Below, one piece after another: positions 45,697 through 55,898 of a stretch of 64,000 nucleotides of DNA. The DNA lies in the NCBI GenBank assembly GCA_041906505.1, contig JAYRJB010000008.1, positions 72,053 through 136,052 of the forward strand, given 5' to 3'. The translations under genes and the position numbers were made by a program. Numbering within the stretch: the stretch's first letter is position 1; each line of letters opens with the position of its first letter. The notes under the pieces are model-generated. The model ran no database searches, was not told where the DNA came from, and was given only the letters and a program-made list of their open reading frames with translations. Origin of the DNA: Candidatus Saccharimonadales bacterium. Its GTDB lineage: Bacteria > Patescibacteriota > Saccharimonadia > Saccharimonadales > 2-12-FULL-41-12.

Positions 45697-46224
45697 ATGG
45701 CTTTAACAAAAGTAAAAAAACAAGAGGTTGTGGGCGAAGTCGGTGCGTTGTTATCGACGTCGAAATTAACAGTTGTTGCGGAGTATCAAGGCACCAGCGT
45801 GAAAGCCATGCAAGGCCTAAGAGCATCTGCTAAAGAGCAGGATACGATAGTCAAAGTTGTTAAGAATAGGCTCGTAAAGCAAGCTCTTGCAACTAATGAT
45901 GTCTTTAAGGACGCTGATACCTCAGCGTTGTCTGGTCAGTTACTCTACGTGTTCAATGCACATGATGAAGTGGCGCCAGCGCAAGTACTCGCCTCGTTTG
46001 CAAAGACCAACCCCAATATCAAGTTTGTGGGTGCGTACTCTACTGACGGGTCATTTATGTCAGCTGAAGACGTAACAATGCTTGCAAATCTACCAAGCAA
46101 AGATCAGCTACGTGCGCAGCTAGTTGGTACTATCGCCGCTCCACTGAGTGGGTTTATCAACGTAATGAGCGGTAATGTGCGCGGTGTATTAAATGTCTTA
46201 AATGCTCGAGCAGAAAGTTTATAA
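45697..46224 (+). CDS. rplJ: 50S ribosomal protein L10
   Basis: 175 aa. Typical L10 organisation. Directly precedes rplL. Confidence 0.93.
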   Translation: MALTKVKKQEVVGEVGALLSTSKLTVVAEYQGTSVKAMQGLRASAKEQDTIVKVVKNRLVKQALATNDVFKDADTSALSGQLLYVFNAHDEVAPAQVLASFAKTNPNIKFVGAYSTDGSFMSAEDVTMLANLPSKDQLRAQLVGTIAAPLSGFINVMSGNVRGVLNVLNARAESL

Positions 46225-46238
46225 TAAGGAGAAGAAAT

Positions 46239-46646
46239 ATGTCTGATAATGAAAAGGTAGCCGTACCAAAAGAATTTGAAAAACTGGTGGCTGAGCTTGA
46301 TAAGCTGAGTGCCATTGAGATTAGCAAATTCGTGAAGTTTCTAGAGGAGTACTGGGGTGTGAGTGCCGCCGCTCCAGCCGTCGCGGTTGCTGCGGCACCG
46401 GCAGGTGCGGGAGATGCACCAGCAGAGGAAGCTAAGAGCGAGTACGATGTCGTTCTTAAGGATCCAGGTGCTCAGAAGGTTGCTGTTATTAAAGCGGTAA
46501 AGGATATTACGGGCTTGGGTCTTGGCGAAGCGAAGGCTTTAGTCGATGGCGCTCCAGGAACAATCAAAGAGAAGGCACCAAAGGAAGAGGCTGAAGCTGC
46601 AAAGAAAACCCTAGAAGAAGCAGGAGCCACGGTAGAACTTAGCTAA
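46239..46646 (+). CDS. rplL: 50S ribosomal protein L7/L12
   Basis: 135 aa. Ala-rich hinge [16 protein letters not shown] and C-terminal domain [27 protein letters not shown]. Confidence 0.97.
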   Translation: MSDNEKVAVPKEFEKLVAELDKLSAIEISKFVKFLEEYWGVSAAAPAVAVAAAPAGAGDAPAEEAKSEYDVVLKDPGAQKVAVIKAVKDITGLGLGEAKALVDGAPGTIKEKAPKEEAEAAKKTLEEAGATVELS

Positions 46647-46679
46647 GTTAATCTGTGTCAACAAAGTTTCTTGCGAAAG

Positions 46680-46711
46680 AACCCACCAGAAGTAAATTTG
46701 GTGGGTTTTTT
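46680..46711 (+). terminator. Rho-independent terminator after rplL
   Basis: ACCCACCA-9 nt-TGGTGGGT followed by TTTTT. Confidence 0.75.
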
Positions 46712-46801
46712 ATCCACAGCTAATATTTACTTCTTATATTTTTCGTGCTACGCTTGCGATAAGTGTAATGTACAACAAACACTTCAACAGAGACGATACA
46801 A

Positions 46802-47311
46802 ATGGCAGATGTTCCAGACAAACAGATAAAGCGACTTAGATCTCTAATTGCAGAAGCGGAGACGTCTCTTGCGGCTGCAAAAGAGCTATTGATGAGCCTT
46901 TTGGGCGACGACCCGATTGCGACTACGATCGTCAAGGAAGAAAACATCGGTAAAGTAATTGAAGGTGTGTTTGACGGTCAAAATATGGTCGGGAGCGACA
47001 GTAAAACCTACCCTGTTCCTGCCAACTACGCCAGCAAGTCAAAGCTTGTGCAGGGTGATATTCTAAAACTTACAATTGCCGATGACGGCACATTTCTATA
47101 TAAGCAGATCGGTCCAATACCACGTAAGCAGGTTGTAGGATCTCTAGAGCTTGTTGACGGACATTATTTTGTGCATGTGGGCGATAAAAAATATCGTGTA
47201 CTACTTGCGAGCGTTACTTACTTCAAGGCAAAACCTGGCGATCAAGTGAGCGTCAATATTCCGCAAGATGAAGTTGATGCCGAGTGGGCAGCCCTGGAGG
47301 CCGCGCTCTAG
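46802..47311 (+). CDS. hypothetical 169-aa protein
   Basis: N-terminal coiled-coil-like helix, then a beta-rich domain. No family recognised. Confidence 0.55.
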   Translation: MADVPDKQIKRLRSLIAEAETSLAAAKELLMSLLGDDPIATTIVKEENIGKVIEGVFDGQNMVGSDSKTYPVPANYASKSKLVQGDILKLTIADDGTFLYKQIGPIPRKQVVGSLELVDGHYFVHVGDKKYRVLLASVTYFKAKPGDQVSVNIPQDEVDAEWAALEAAL

Positions 47312-47425
47312 CGCACACCATAACACAAGACAACTTTTGACGTATCTGCGCGTTTCTGCGGAAGTGTCTTGACGTAATTAATACATTCGCGCTTGTGTAG
47401 TCTAGTCACTATAATGACAAGATGA

Positions 47426-48895
47426 ATGGGGAAAGCATTATATCGCACATATAGGTCAAAATCATTTGACGAGATACTGGGCCAAGAACACGTTACGACG
47501 ACGTTAAAGAATAGCCTAAAAAAAGGGTCTATTTCGCACGCCTATCTTCTTACGGGTCCACGGGGGGTTGGAAAAACGAGCGTTGCTCGGCTACTTGCGT
47601 TCGGGGTTAATAAGCTTGACTATACAGAAGACGTTCAACACCTTGACATAATAGAAATTGATGCAGCTTCGAATCGGCGCATCGAGGAGATACGGTCGCT
47701 AAGAGATACTGTTAATATTTCTCCAGTGTCTGCTACCTACAAAGTGTATATAGTTGATGAGGTGCATATGCTGACGAAAGAAGCATTTAATGCCTTGTTA
47801 AAAACACTAGAAGAACCACCAGCCCACGTTATATTTATTCTTGCAACAACGGAAGTGGGTAAGCTTCCCGAAACTATCGTCAGTCGTTGCGTAAGGTTTT
47901 CCTTCAAACCAATACAAGCTGAGCAAATTCAAAAACATCTTGCTGACATTGCAAAAAAAGAGAAACTTTCAATTGATGATGACGCTTTGCGTCTGATTTC
48001 TGAGCATAGCGGTGGCAGCGTGAGAGATGCCATCTCATTGCTTGATCAAGTAAAAAACGTGAATGACAGTGTGACAATCATTGACGTGGAGCGTATGATG
48101 GGCCTTGCGTCCGATGACATAATTAGCGGACTATTGCTGTCTATTGCCAACGGTGATTTGCGGCGTCTCAGCGAAACTCTGACAAATGCAAAAGTGTTTG
48201 GTGTCAGCGATATTATTCTTGCCTCCCAAATTGGTCAAGCTATTCGGAACGGTCTTCTAAGCCCCAATCAATCGGTTCTAACAACAGAGCAAGCCCTAAA
48301 CGTTCTTAGTAGCCTTTTAGATGTACCCAGCGCGTATATGCCATCAGCAAAGCTAGAGTTAGCTTTATTTGGCGCGTGCATTGAAAATACTTCGGATAAG
48401 AACCCAAAACCACAAAATCCTGCGCATGTTCAAGATAAAAACGAAAAAAGCAACGAAAGCCAAGTTCCTGTCGACAGCATTCAAGAACACCACACCGTCA
48501 CCAAGCCCAAAACCGCAAAAAGGGAGCAAACCCGAGACAAACTGTCGGCGAATAATGAGATTTGGGAGCAAGTGCTCAACCAGTTGAAGGCCAAGCACAA
48601 CACCTTATATGGTGTTGCTAGAATGGCAAGCGCGGAGTGTACCAGCACGACACTACGTATGGCATTCCGGTTTCCGTTTCATTATAAAAAAATGGACGAT
48701 GCCAAGAGCAAAGAAATTATGCGCTTGGTGCTCCATGATCTTGGCTATGCACATATAGAAATTGAAGTCGCGCTTGACACTTCAGTCGCGCCGCCAAGAA
48801 TCTCCCAGAAAAAGCATCAAGCGGAAAATGAGAGCACTGCTGAAATATCAACCATTACCAATATATTTGGCGCACCAGAGATGTTAGAATCTTAA
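47426..48895 (+). CDS. dnaX: DNA polymerase III subunit gamma/tau
   Basis: 489 aa. Motifs GPRGVGKTS, DEVHML, LLKTLEEPP and SRC. TATAAT at 47410-47415 lies 10 nt upstream of the ATG. Confidence 0.92.
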   Translation: MGKALYRTYRSKSFDEILGQEHVTTTLKNSLKKGSISHAYLLTGPRGVGKTSVARLLAFGVNKLDYTEDVQHLDIIEIDAASNRRIEEIRSLRDTVNISPVSATYKVYIVDEVHMLTKEAFNALLKTLEEPPAHVIFILATTEVGKLPETIVSRCVRFSFKPIQAEQIQKHLADIAKKEKLSIDDDALRLISEHSGGSVRDAISLLDQVKNVNDSVTIIDVERMMGLASDDIISGLLLSIANGDLRRLSETLTNAKVFGVSDIILASQIGQAIRNGLLSPNQSVLTTEQALNVLSSLLDVPSAYMPSAKLELALFGACIENTSDKNPKPQNPAHVQDKNEKSNESQVPVDSIQEHHTVTKPKTAKREQTRDKLSANNEIWEQVLNQLKAKHNTLYGVARMASAECTSTTLRMAFRFPFHYKKMDDAKSKEIMRLVLHDLGYAHIEIEVALDTSVAPPRISQKKHQAENESTAEISTITNIFGAPEMLES

Positions 48896-48899
48896 TTAC

Positions 48900-50264
48900 A
48901 TGGATGATATAAGCGACAACACAAAAGTGCCGCCACAAAATATCGAGGCAGAAGCTAGTCTACTTGGTGCGCTGCTAATTGACGCTGATGCAATAGTAAA
49001 AGTTGCAGATACGGTTTCTGCGGATGATTTTTATGACCCCAAACACACCCACATCTACGCCGCCATACAGAAGCTCTATAACAAACATAGTCCAGTTGAC
49101 GTACTTACACTAAGTGACCAGTTAAAGAATGATGACCTGCTTGAGACGGTCGGGGGTGCTGCATATCTAACCGAGCTTACTAACTTCGTTCCCACCGCAT
49201 CACATGTGAATGAATACGCAGATATTGTTGCAACCAAAGCAATGCGTCGAAGGCTGATTAAGGCCAGTCGTGACATCACTAAGATCGGATATGACGAGGC
49301 CGAAAGTCTGCAATCTATTATTGAACAAGCAGAGGCGAGGCTTTTTGATGTAAGTAACCGCCATATCCGTCAAGATGTAATAAGTCTTGAGAAAATATTA
49401 AATGAAAGTTTTGAGCGACTTGATGAACTCCATAAAGACAAGGGAACCATTCGAGGCATTCCTACGGGTTTTAAGGATCTTGACAATGTGCTCGCAGGTT
49501 TACAGAGGAGCGATCTGTTTATTGTCGCTGCCCGCCCAAGTATGGGCAAAACGGCCTTTTCGCTTAATTTGGCGCACAACATCTCTATCAAATCTGGACA
49601 ATCGGTACTATTATTTAGCCTTGAAATGAGTAAGGAGCAATTGGTTGATAGGCTTCTTGCGATGGAATCCGGTGTTGATGCCTGGAGTCTACGAACTGGA
49701 AACCTTACCGATTCGGATTTTGAGAAAATTGCCCACGCCATGGGCACGCTAAGCGAGGCACCAATTTACATTGATGATAGTCCTGGAATAACGGTAGCTG
49801 ATATGAGAACAAAAGCACGTCGAGAAGCTCATCTGCGACCAATTGGTCTCATTATTGTTGATTATCTTCAGTTAATGAGCGGAGGAACAAGATACGGTGG
49901 TGAGGGGAACCGAGTGCAAGAAATATCGGAGATATCTCGTGGGCTAAAAGGCATTGCGAGAGAACTAAACGTGCCACTGATTGCCTTAAGTCAGTTAAGT
50001 AGATCTGTGGAAAGTAGAAACCCACAAATACCCCAGCTGGCTGATCTAAGAGAATCTGGTTCGATTGAACAGGATGCAGATGTGGTGGCCTTCTTGTACC
50101 GCGAGGAGTATTATAACCCCGACACCCAGAGGAAAAATATTACAGATATATTTATTAAGAAGCATCGAAACGGCCCAACTGGTGCTGTCGAGCTATATTT
50201 TGATCGAGAGAAGCAGCGATTTAGGAGCTTAGAGACAAAGCACACAACACCATTTGATGCTTAA
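48900..50264 (+). CDS. dnaB: replicative DNA helicase DnaB
   Basis: 454 aa. PPQNIEAEASLLGALLID N-terminus. Walker A ARPSMGKTAF. Confidence 0.95.
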   Translation: MDDISDNTKVPPQNIEAEASLLGALLIDADAIVKVADTVSADDFYDPKHTHIYAAIQKLYNKHSPVDVLTLSDQLKNDDLLETVGGAAYLTELTNFVPTASHVNEYADIVATKAMRRRLIKASRDITKIGYDEAESLQSIIEQAEARLFDVSNRHIRQDVISLEKILNESFERLDELHKDKGTIRGIPTGFKDLDNVLAGLQRSDLFIVAARPSMGKTAFSLNLAHNISIKSGQSVLLFSLEMSKEQLVDRLLAMESGVDAWSLRTGNLTDSDFEKIAHAMGTLSEAPIYIDDSPGITVADMRTKARREAHLRPIGLIIVDYLQLMSGGTRYGGEGNRVQEISEISRGLKGIARELNVPLIALSQLSRSVESRNPQIPQLADLRESGSIEQDADVVAFLYREEYYNPDTQRKNITDIFIKKHRNGPTGAVELYFDREKQRFRSLETKHTTPFDA

Positions 50265-50298
50265 ACAGTCTTTTGGTTTCTGTTAAACTATCAGCTAT

Positions 50299-51471
50299 AT
50301 GATACGCAAGTTTAAGAAGTTTGCTGCTCAATATGGAGTGGCGACCTTGACTGTTTTGGTGACTTTATTGATCGTTGGGCTAATTGTTTTGCCAAAGCTT
50401 GGCGGCCTTGTGCCCACTGCCTCCGAACAGGCAAAAGTCATAGGAGTTAATAGCCGGGAGCAGCTGCTGGAAAACATAGCATTTTTCCCGCAAAAAATTG
50501 TTCAAGTTGGGTTACATAAGCTTGACGAAGGAAATGTTACACTGCTTCGAGCTTCGTCGGTGCTAATTGTTGCTGTGAGCTTGTTGGCTTTGTTCTCTGT
50601 TTTGTCAAAATGGCACACAAAACGTGTCGCATTTCTTAGTTGTTTTTTGTTCATCACGTCGAGTTATGTACTTCACGACGCACGATCTGCCAACCAAGAA
50701 GTCGCGTATCTTGCAGCGATTCCATTTCTTTTACTTATTGGTACTTGGCTAAAATCAAAAAGAAATGTCAAAAAACTACCGATTGCTGCGCTTCTTGTCG
50801 CACTTTTGCTCTATAGCCCAGGGGTGTGGTTGCTTGTTGGCGTTTCCGCAGTTGTGTTCAGAAAACGCCTTGTACTTGCGTGGAGGTTTGTGGGTGCACG
50901 ATTACAGATAGCGACCATAGTAATGTTTTCCGCGCCATTACTTCCGCTTCTTTATGCTGTTTTCAAATACCCAAACCAAGTTGTAGCACTGGCGGGGTAC
51001 TCGAGCGACTTGACGCTTTTACAGTTCTGCAAGAATCTGGCTAGTATTCCTGTAGACGTATTTATTAACGGCCCAAATACGCCTAGCACTTGGGTCGTGG
51101 GTACGCCGATACTAGACATATTTACTGCCACAATGTTTCTACTTGGGTTCGTTGCCTATATAAGGGGTCATCATCCACTACGCATGCGTCTCTTAGTTGG
51201 CTACTTGGTACTGTCCTCATTACTCGTTGCGCTGGGTGTAGCAACCCTAGGGCTCATCCTGCCAGTTATCTACATATTTGCCGCAAACGGCATAGCCAAT
51301 ATGCTACAGAGTTGGTTTGTTGTATTTCCTCGCAATCCGATTGCAAGAAATATTGGGCTAGTAATTATTATAGCTGCGGTAATTCTGACTGCCCGATACC
51401 ACGTAATCCGGTACTATGACGCTTGGCCGAGCATTGAGGCGACTCAATCAGCGCTATCAGTGGTACAATAG
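50299..51471 (+). CDS. polytopic membrane protein of unknown function (~10 TM)
   Basis: 390 aa, mostly hydrophobic spans. No family recognised with confidence. Confidence 0.6.
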   Translation: MIRKFKKFAAQYGVATLTVLVTLLIVGLIVLPKLGGLVPTASEQAKVIGVNSREQLLENIAFFPQKIVQVGLHKLDEGNVTLLRASSVLIVAVSLLALFSVLSKWHTKRVAFLSCFLFITSSYVLHDARSANQEVAYLAAIPFLLLIGTWLKSKRNVKKLPIAALLVALLLYSPGVWLLVGVSAVVFRKRLVLAWRFVGARLQIATIVMFSAPLLPLLYAVFKYPNQVVALAGYSSDLTLLQFCKNLASIPVDVFINGPNTPSTWVVGTPILDIFTATMFLLGFVAYIRGHHPLRMRLLVGYLVLSSLLVALGVATLGLILPVIYIFAANGIANMLQSWFVVFPRNPIARNIGLVIIIAAVILTARYHVIRYYDAWPSIEATQSALSVVQ

Positions 51472-51494
51472 AAGTACTTGAAAGAGGAGAAATA

Positions 51495-51788
51495 ATGAGT
51501 AAATTTGATCAAGCAAAAATGTTAATGAAAGTTAAAAAAATGCAGAAAGAGCTGCAGAAACAAGTGATCACGGTATCGGCAGGCGATGAGGCGGTTATTG
51601 TAGAGATTACGGCTGATCAAAAAATTAAGCGAATACATATTGACCCCGAGCGAGTCGATCTTGAAGACATGCGACCAACCGAAAAATACGTAGAGGAAGC
51701 AGTAAAACAAGCGATCTCTGAAAGCCAGAAAGTTGCTGCCGAAAAAATGCAACCCATGATGGGCATGCTGGGTAATCTCGGTCTTTAG
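51495..51788 (+). CDS. ybaB: YbaB/EbfC nucleoid-associated protein
   Basis: 97 aa. MKVKKMQKELQKQ N-terminus. AGGAG RBS. Precedes recR. Confidence 0.85.
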   Translation: MSKFDQAKMLMKVKKMQKELQKQVITVSAGDEAVIVEITADQKIKRIHIDPERVDLEDMRPTEKYVEEAVKQAISESQKVAAEKMQPMMGMLGNLGL

Positions 51789-51802
51789 GCAGTCATTTTA
51801 GT

Positions 51803-52408
51803 ATGCGCGTACTTCCCAAAGCACTCATATCGGCTATGGATGCGCTCGGTGTTCTTCCGGGCGTTGGTCCCAGAAGCGCTGAGCGATATGCATACTATTT
51901 GCTGCGCGCACCTGCAGCCAAGTCGCTTCACATTGCAAAGACGCTTGAAGATTTGCACAACAAGGTTAAGTATTGTCCGAAAACATTTGCACTTATTGAT
52001 GCTAATCTAGCCGTATCTCCACTGTATGAAGACCCTAGGCGCAATAAGAAGCTGGTAGCCGTTGTCGAGGACCCATTTGACATACTTGCTCTCGAGAGAA
52101 CTGGCAAGTTCGACGGCACATACCATGTACTCGGTGGATTAATATCTCCTATTGATGGTGTTGGTCCCGAACAGCTACACCTTAGAGAACTCTCGCAACG
52201 CGTCAAGGAGGACAAGGTTTCCGAGGTCATCATTGCGACAAACGCCAGCGTCGAAGGCGAGTCTACCGCATTGCATATTGCAAAACTGCTCGAACATTCG
52301 TCTACAAACATAACCAGACTCGCCCAAGGCCTCCCTATAGGACTAGACCTGGAATACGCTGACCAAATTACGCTGGGTCGAGCTTTAGAGGGCAGAAGGA
52401 TGTTGTAA
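51803..52408 (+). CDS. recR: recombination protein RecR (zinc-finger Cys largely lost)
   Basis: 201 aa. HhH motif LPGVGPRSAERYAYYLL and a Toprim region. The usual C4 finger region reads KYCPKTFALIDANLAVSPLYEDPRR. Confidence 0.9.
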   Translation: MRVLPKALISAMDALGVLPGVGPRSAERYAYYLLRAPAAKSLHIAKTLEDLHNKVKYCPKTFALIDANLAVSPLYEDPRRNKKLVAVVEDPFDILALERTGKFDGTYHVLGGLISPIDGVGPEQLHLRELSQRVKEDKVSEVIIATNASVEGESTALHIAKLLEHSSTNITRLAQGLPIGLDLEYADQITLGRALEGRRML

Positions 52409-53400
52409 TGAGCCACGCCCTAAAAAGTTTAGTTGAATCGTCGACCACAATTGTGGTGATCCAGGCCGATAATCTTGACGGCGATAGCCTGGCCTCAGCA
52501 CTTGCGCTCGAAAGTATTCTTGAAGACATGGGCAAGAGCGTGATTATGTATTCTGGGGTCGAGGTGCCCAGCTACCTTCGATATATTGACGGCTGGGATC
52601 GGGTGGTGCATTCATTGCCACGGAATTTTGACATGTCAATTGTGGTCGATACGAGCGCAATAATTTTACTAGAGTCGCTGTCTAAAAGCGGGGAGTTGGC
52701 TTGGTTAAAATCAAAGCCGTGTGTAGTGATCGACCATCACCAAACCGAGCCCACGATAGATTTTGCGAAGGAAGTTATCGTTCGGCCTGCGGTGGCAACC
52801 GGGGAAATACTATATTCTTTGTCAAAAGAGAGTAATTGGCCAATCTCTAAGGTCACGTCAGAGCTACTTGCAATCTCTGTCCTGTCTGACAGCTTGGGAC
52901 TCATGAGTGAGGCAACTACGTCTAATACAATTCGCATGATTGCTGAATTAGTCGACGGTGGTGTTTCGCTTGCAGCGCTCGACGATAAACGAAAAGCCCT
53001 GCAAAAAAAGTCTCCAGAAATCGTGCGCTACAAAGGTCAGTTGTTGTCACGAATTACTTACAGTCCAGACGAGTCTATAGCATTTATACATATACCGTGG
53101 GAAGAAATTGAAAAGTATTCCCACCAGTATAATCCAGCAATGCTGGTAATTGATGAGATGAGGATGGTTGAAAAAGTTAAGCTCGCGATCGTCCTAAAGT
53201 CATATCCTGGCGGCAAAGTTACTGGGAAAATAAGAGCAAATTACGGGTTTGGGGTTGCGGATAAGCTCGCAGAACATTTTAATGGAGGTGGACATAAGTA
53301 CGCGGCTGGATTCAAGCTGTTAGATGGCCCTAACATTAATGAGCTACAAGCTAACTGTACTAAAATTGCAGTAGAACTTTTGAGATCAAGCAAAACATGA
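52408..53400 (+). CDS. DHH/DHHA1 family phosphoesterase (NrnA-like)
   Basis: 330 aa. DHH motif VIDHHQTE. DHHA1 motif GGGHKYAAGF. Confidence 0.85.
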   Translation: MSHALKSLVESSTTIVVIQADNLDGDSLASALALESILEDMGKSVIMYSGVEVPSYLRYIDGWDRVVHSLPRNFDMSIVVDTSAIILLESLSKSGELAWLKSKPCVVIDHHQTEPTIDFAKEVIVRPAVATGEILYSLSKESNWPISKVTSELLAISVLSDSLGLMSEATTSNTIRMIAELVDGGVSLAALDDKRKALQKKSPEIVRYKGQLLSRITYSPDESIAFIHIPWEEIEKYSHQYNPAMLVIDEMRMVEKVKLAIVLKSYPGGKVTGKIRANYGFGVADKLAEHFNGGGHKYAAGFKLLDGPNINELQANCTKIAVELLRSSKT

Positions 53401-54794
53401 ACCTTTCAAACACCCTCACACGACATGTCGAAAAGTTTACTTCTTCCGACGACAACAAGGTCACGATGTACTCGTGTGGCCCGACAGTCTATGATTCGCA
53501 AACTATAGGCAACTGGACTGCCTACATTCGATGGGATACGCTTGCGAGAATACTTGTCTATCTACACTATGACTTGGTGTGGTATATGAATATTACGGAT
53601 GTTGGACACCTCACTAGCGATGAGGACAGCGGAGAAGATAAGCTGCAAAAGGGTGCCAGGCGAGAAAATACCACTGCTTGGGCAATAGCCAGTAAATACA
53701 CGGCCGAATTTGAAGATGGTTTACGACAACTCAACATTACGCTGGACCCAACTCATTTGGTAAAAGCCACTGACAATATTCCAGAACAAATAGCCCTTAT
53801 TGAGACGCTAGAACGAGGCGGCCACACATACTTAACCGCGGATGGAGTGTACTTTGACAGCTCAACATTTCCAGATTACGGTAAGCTTGCTCAACTTGAT
53901 GTCTCTGGATTAATGGCTGGCGCGAGAGTAGGAATGGGAGAAAAGCGACACCCAACCGATTTTGCGCTATGGAAATTCTCAGTTCACAATGAGCAAAGAG
54001 ACATGGAATGGGATAGTCCCTGGGGAAAAGGGTTTCCTGGGTGGCATATCGAGTGTTCTGCCATGGCAACAAAGTACTTGGGTGAAACTATCGATATTCA
54101 CACCGGCGGCATAGACCATATTCCAATTCATCACACGAATGAGATTGCGCAAAGTGAGTCCGCAACAGGGAAGAAGTTTGTTCGTTACTGGGTGCACAGT
54201 AATTTTATGAAGGTCAACGGTCAAAAAATCTCAAAAAGTTTAGGAAACGGCTATACGCTTGCTAATCTCCACGAAAAAGGTTTCTCACCCCTAGATTTTC
54301 GTCTATTTGTACTACAAAGTTCGTATCATTCAGAAACAAATTTTACGTGGGCTGGCCTCGAATCTGCAAAACACCGGCGGATCGCACTACAAGCAATGGC
54401 AGATTTGCGCTTTCAATTCGATAAGAGAGGAAAGGATATAACGAGCCTTCTTGAGGAAGTTGGTAGTTCGATTGTGTATAGTTTACAGGACGACATAAAC
54501 TCTCCGAGTGCACTTACTGCGCTATCAAAGCTCGTTGATGAAGCAACCATGCCGATTATGCTCGACAATGCTACACAGTTCGAGACATTCCTTGCCACTG
54601 TGGACGACCTACTGGGACTAGAGTTGCGTGCTTCACGCGACATAACACCCGTCCAAAAAAAGATTATTGCGAAACGTGAAGAGGCTCGTCAACGCAATGA
54701 TTGGAAATCAGCAGATCAATACCGTAAAGAGTTATTGTCAGAAAATATTGCTATCAACGACACCGCAATCGGCCCACTATGGCGGAGGGTATAG
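53397..54794 (+). CDS. cysS: cysteine--tRNA ligase
   Basis: 465 aa. Motifs CGPTVYD, GWHIECSAM and KISKSLGN. The HIGH position reads TIGN. Confidence 0.92.
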   Translation: MNLSNTLTRHVEKFTSSDDNKVTMYSCGPTVYDSQTIGNWTAYIRWDTLARILVYLHYDLVWYMNITDVGHLTSDEDSGEDKLQKGARRENTTAWAIASKYTAEFEDGLRQLNITLDPTHLVKATDNIPEQIALIETLERGGHTYLTADGVYFDSSTFPDYGKLAQLDVSGLMAGARVGMGEKRHPTDFALWKFSVHNEQRDMEWDSPWGKGFPGWHIECSAMATKYLGETIDIHTGGIDHIPIHHTNEIAQSESATGKKFVRYWVHSNFMKVNGQKISKSLGNGYTLANLHEKGFSPLDFRLFVLQSSYHSETNFTWAGLESAKHRRIALQAMADLRFQFDKRGKDITSLLEEVGSSIVYSLQDDINSPSALTALSKLVDEATMPIMLDNATQFETFLATVDDLLGLELRASRDITPVQKKIIAKREEARQRNDWKSADQYRKELLSENIAINDTAIGPLWRRV

Positions 54795-54797
54795 CCT

Positions 54798-55880
54798 CTA
54801 ACTTCCCGATGCTTGTTGCTTGTTTTGAAAGTGATCTTCTATCAATACTTTTATGCAACCAGCTGTGGGAATTGCCAAGAACGCCCCAAGAAAGCCACCA
54901 AAACCAACCCCAAGTAAGGCCGCAACAAACACAATCAAAGGGGTAAGGTCATTCGTCTTTGCTTGTATTATTGGCTGAATGGTTACATTCTCGATTTGCT
55001 GATAAACAATAAAATAGACAATTGCAGCAAGAGCAAGAGGCGGGGATACGAGTAGGCAAGCCAAAACGACAATTGTCGAGCCAATAAATGACCCGATCAG
55101 CGGGAGCAGAGAGAATAGCCCGATAATACCACCCAAGGCAATCGGGTTAATTGGGGCGTTAAAGATTTGACTCATGATAAAAAGAGCAATTGTGGCAAAA
55201 ATACCCCCAAGCACGGCTACAACTACCTGTCCGTTTACGTAACCAACCACAACCCTATACATCTTTCTCGCTAGGCGCCGCCGATGTTCACGTTTTTCTT
55301 CGGGCATTATTGAAAGAATTCTTTCTAGCCACATAGGACCCTCAATGAGCATCATAAATGTAAGCACAAACACGATTATCGCGCTTAAGATTGCGGTCAG
55401 TACTGCATTCGCCGTAGATAGGGCAGGTTGGCTGACATCGGAAAATCTATTCTTAAAGCCATCAGACACGTTCTTGAGTTCGTCTTGCAGTTGATAGCGC
55501 TCAATAAAGCGCTGTGTCGATGAGCCCTCAGAAGTAAGATTATTTATCTTGCTGGGAACTTCTTTTACAAAATCAGCACTTTGTCGGATCAAGGGCGGAG
55601 TAATAAATGACACAAACCCAACCAGAAACGCGATTACGATAATATATGCTGCGCCAGTCGCGACGGCTCTGTTTTTACTTTTTAGTTTTGAGGCAATCCA
55701 CGACACAGCAGGGTTCAGAGCCAGAGCCAAAAACGTCGAGATAAGGATCAGTATGAGGGGCTTAGAAATATTCCGTAAAAAAGCCAAGGCCAAAAGTGCA
55801 ATAACCACCAATACAAGGATGCGGATAATAGTCCTTGAATCTATACGTATATCAATATGGTTATCGGTTGTTTTTTTCAT
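54798..55880 (-). CDS. AI-2E family transporter (PerM/UPF0118)
   Basis: 360 aa, about 8 TM, with the typical family architecture. Confidence 0.75.
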   Translation of the reverse strand: MKKTTDNHIDIRIDSRTIIRILVLVVIALLALAFLRNISKPLILILISTFLALALNPAVSWIASKLKSKNRAVATGAAYIIVIAFLVGFVSFITPPLIRQSADFVKEVPSKINNLTSEGSSTQRFIERYQLQDELKNVSDGFKNRFSDVSQPALSTANAVLTAILSAIIVFVLTFMMLIEGPMWLERILSIMPEEKREHRRRLARKMYRVVVGYVNGQVVVAVLGGIFATIALFIMSQIFNAPINPIALGGIIGLFSLLPLIGSFIGSTIVVLACLLVSPPLALAAIVYFIVYQQIENVTIQPIIQAKTNDLTPLIVFVAALLGVGFGGFLGAFLAIPTAGCIKVLIEDHFQNKQQASGS

Positions 55881-55898
55881 GTTGTGTTCATATTATCG

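Noticed and set aside
46710-46718. A perfect DnaA-box 9-mer, TTATCCACA, just after the rplL terminator. A one-mismatch copy lies near 61700.
   Set aside because: It is a single isolated box. A random 9-mer match is expected by chance roughly once in a window of this size on two strands. There is no cluster of boxes, no obvious DUE arrangement and no dnaA gene nearby.
47951-47960. An A-AAA-AAA-G slippery run in dnaX (GCA AAA AAA GAG) that could suggest gamma/tau programmed frameshifting.
   Set aside because: It lies at about codon 177, inside the AAA+ module. A -1 shift would stop after 7 codons and give a non-functional fragment. The known E. coli frameshift site lies after domain III.
53460-53520. 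The CysRS HIGH signature reads TIGN instead of HIGH.
   Set aside because: Class I synthetase HIGH motifs tolerate such variants (TrpRS here reads HLGN). The rest of the enzyme, including the zinc-site region GWHIECSAM and KISKS, looks intact. It is probably lineage variation.
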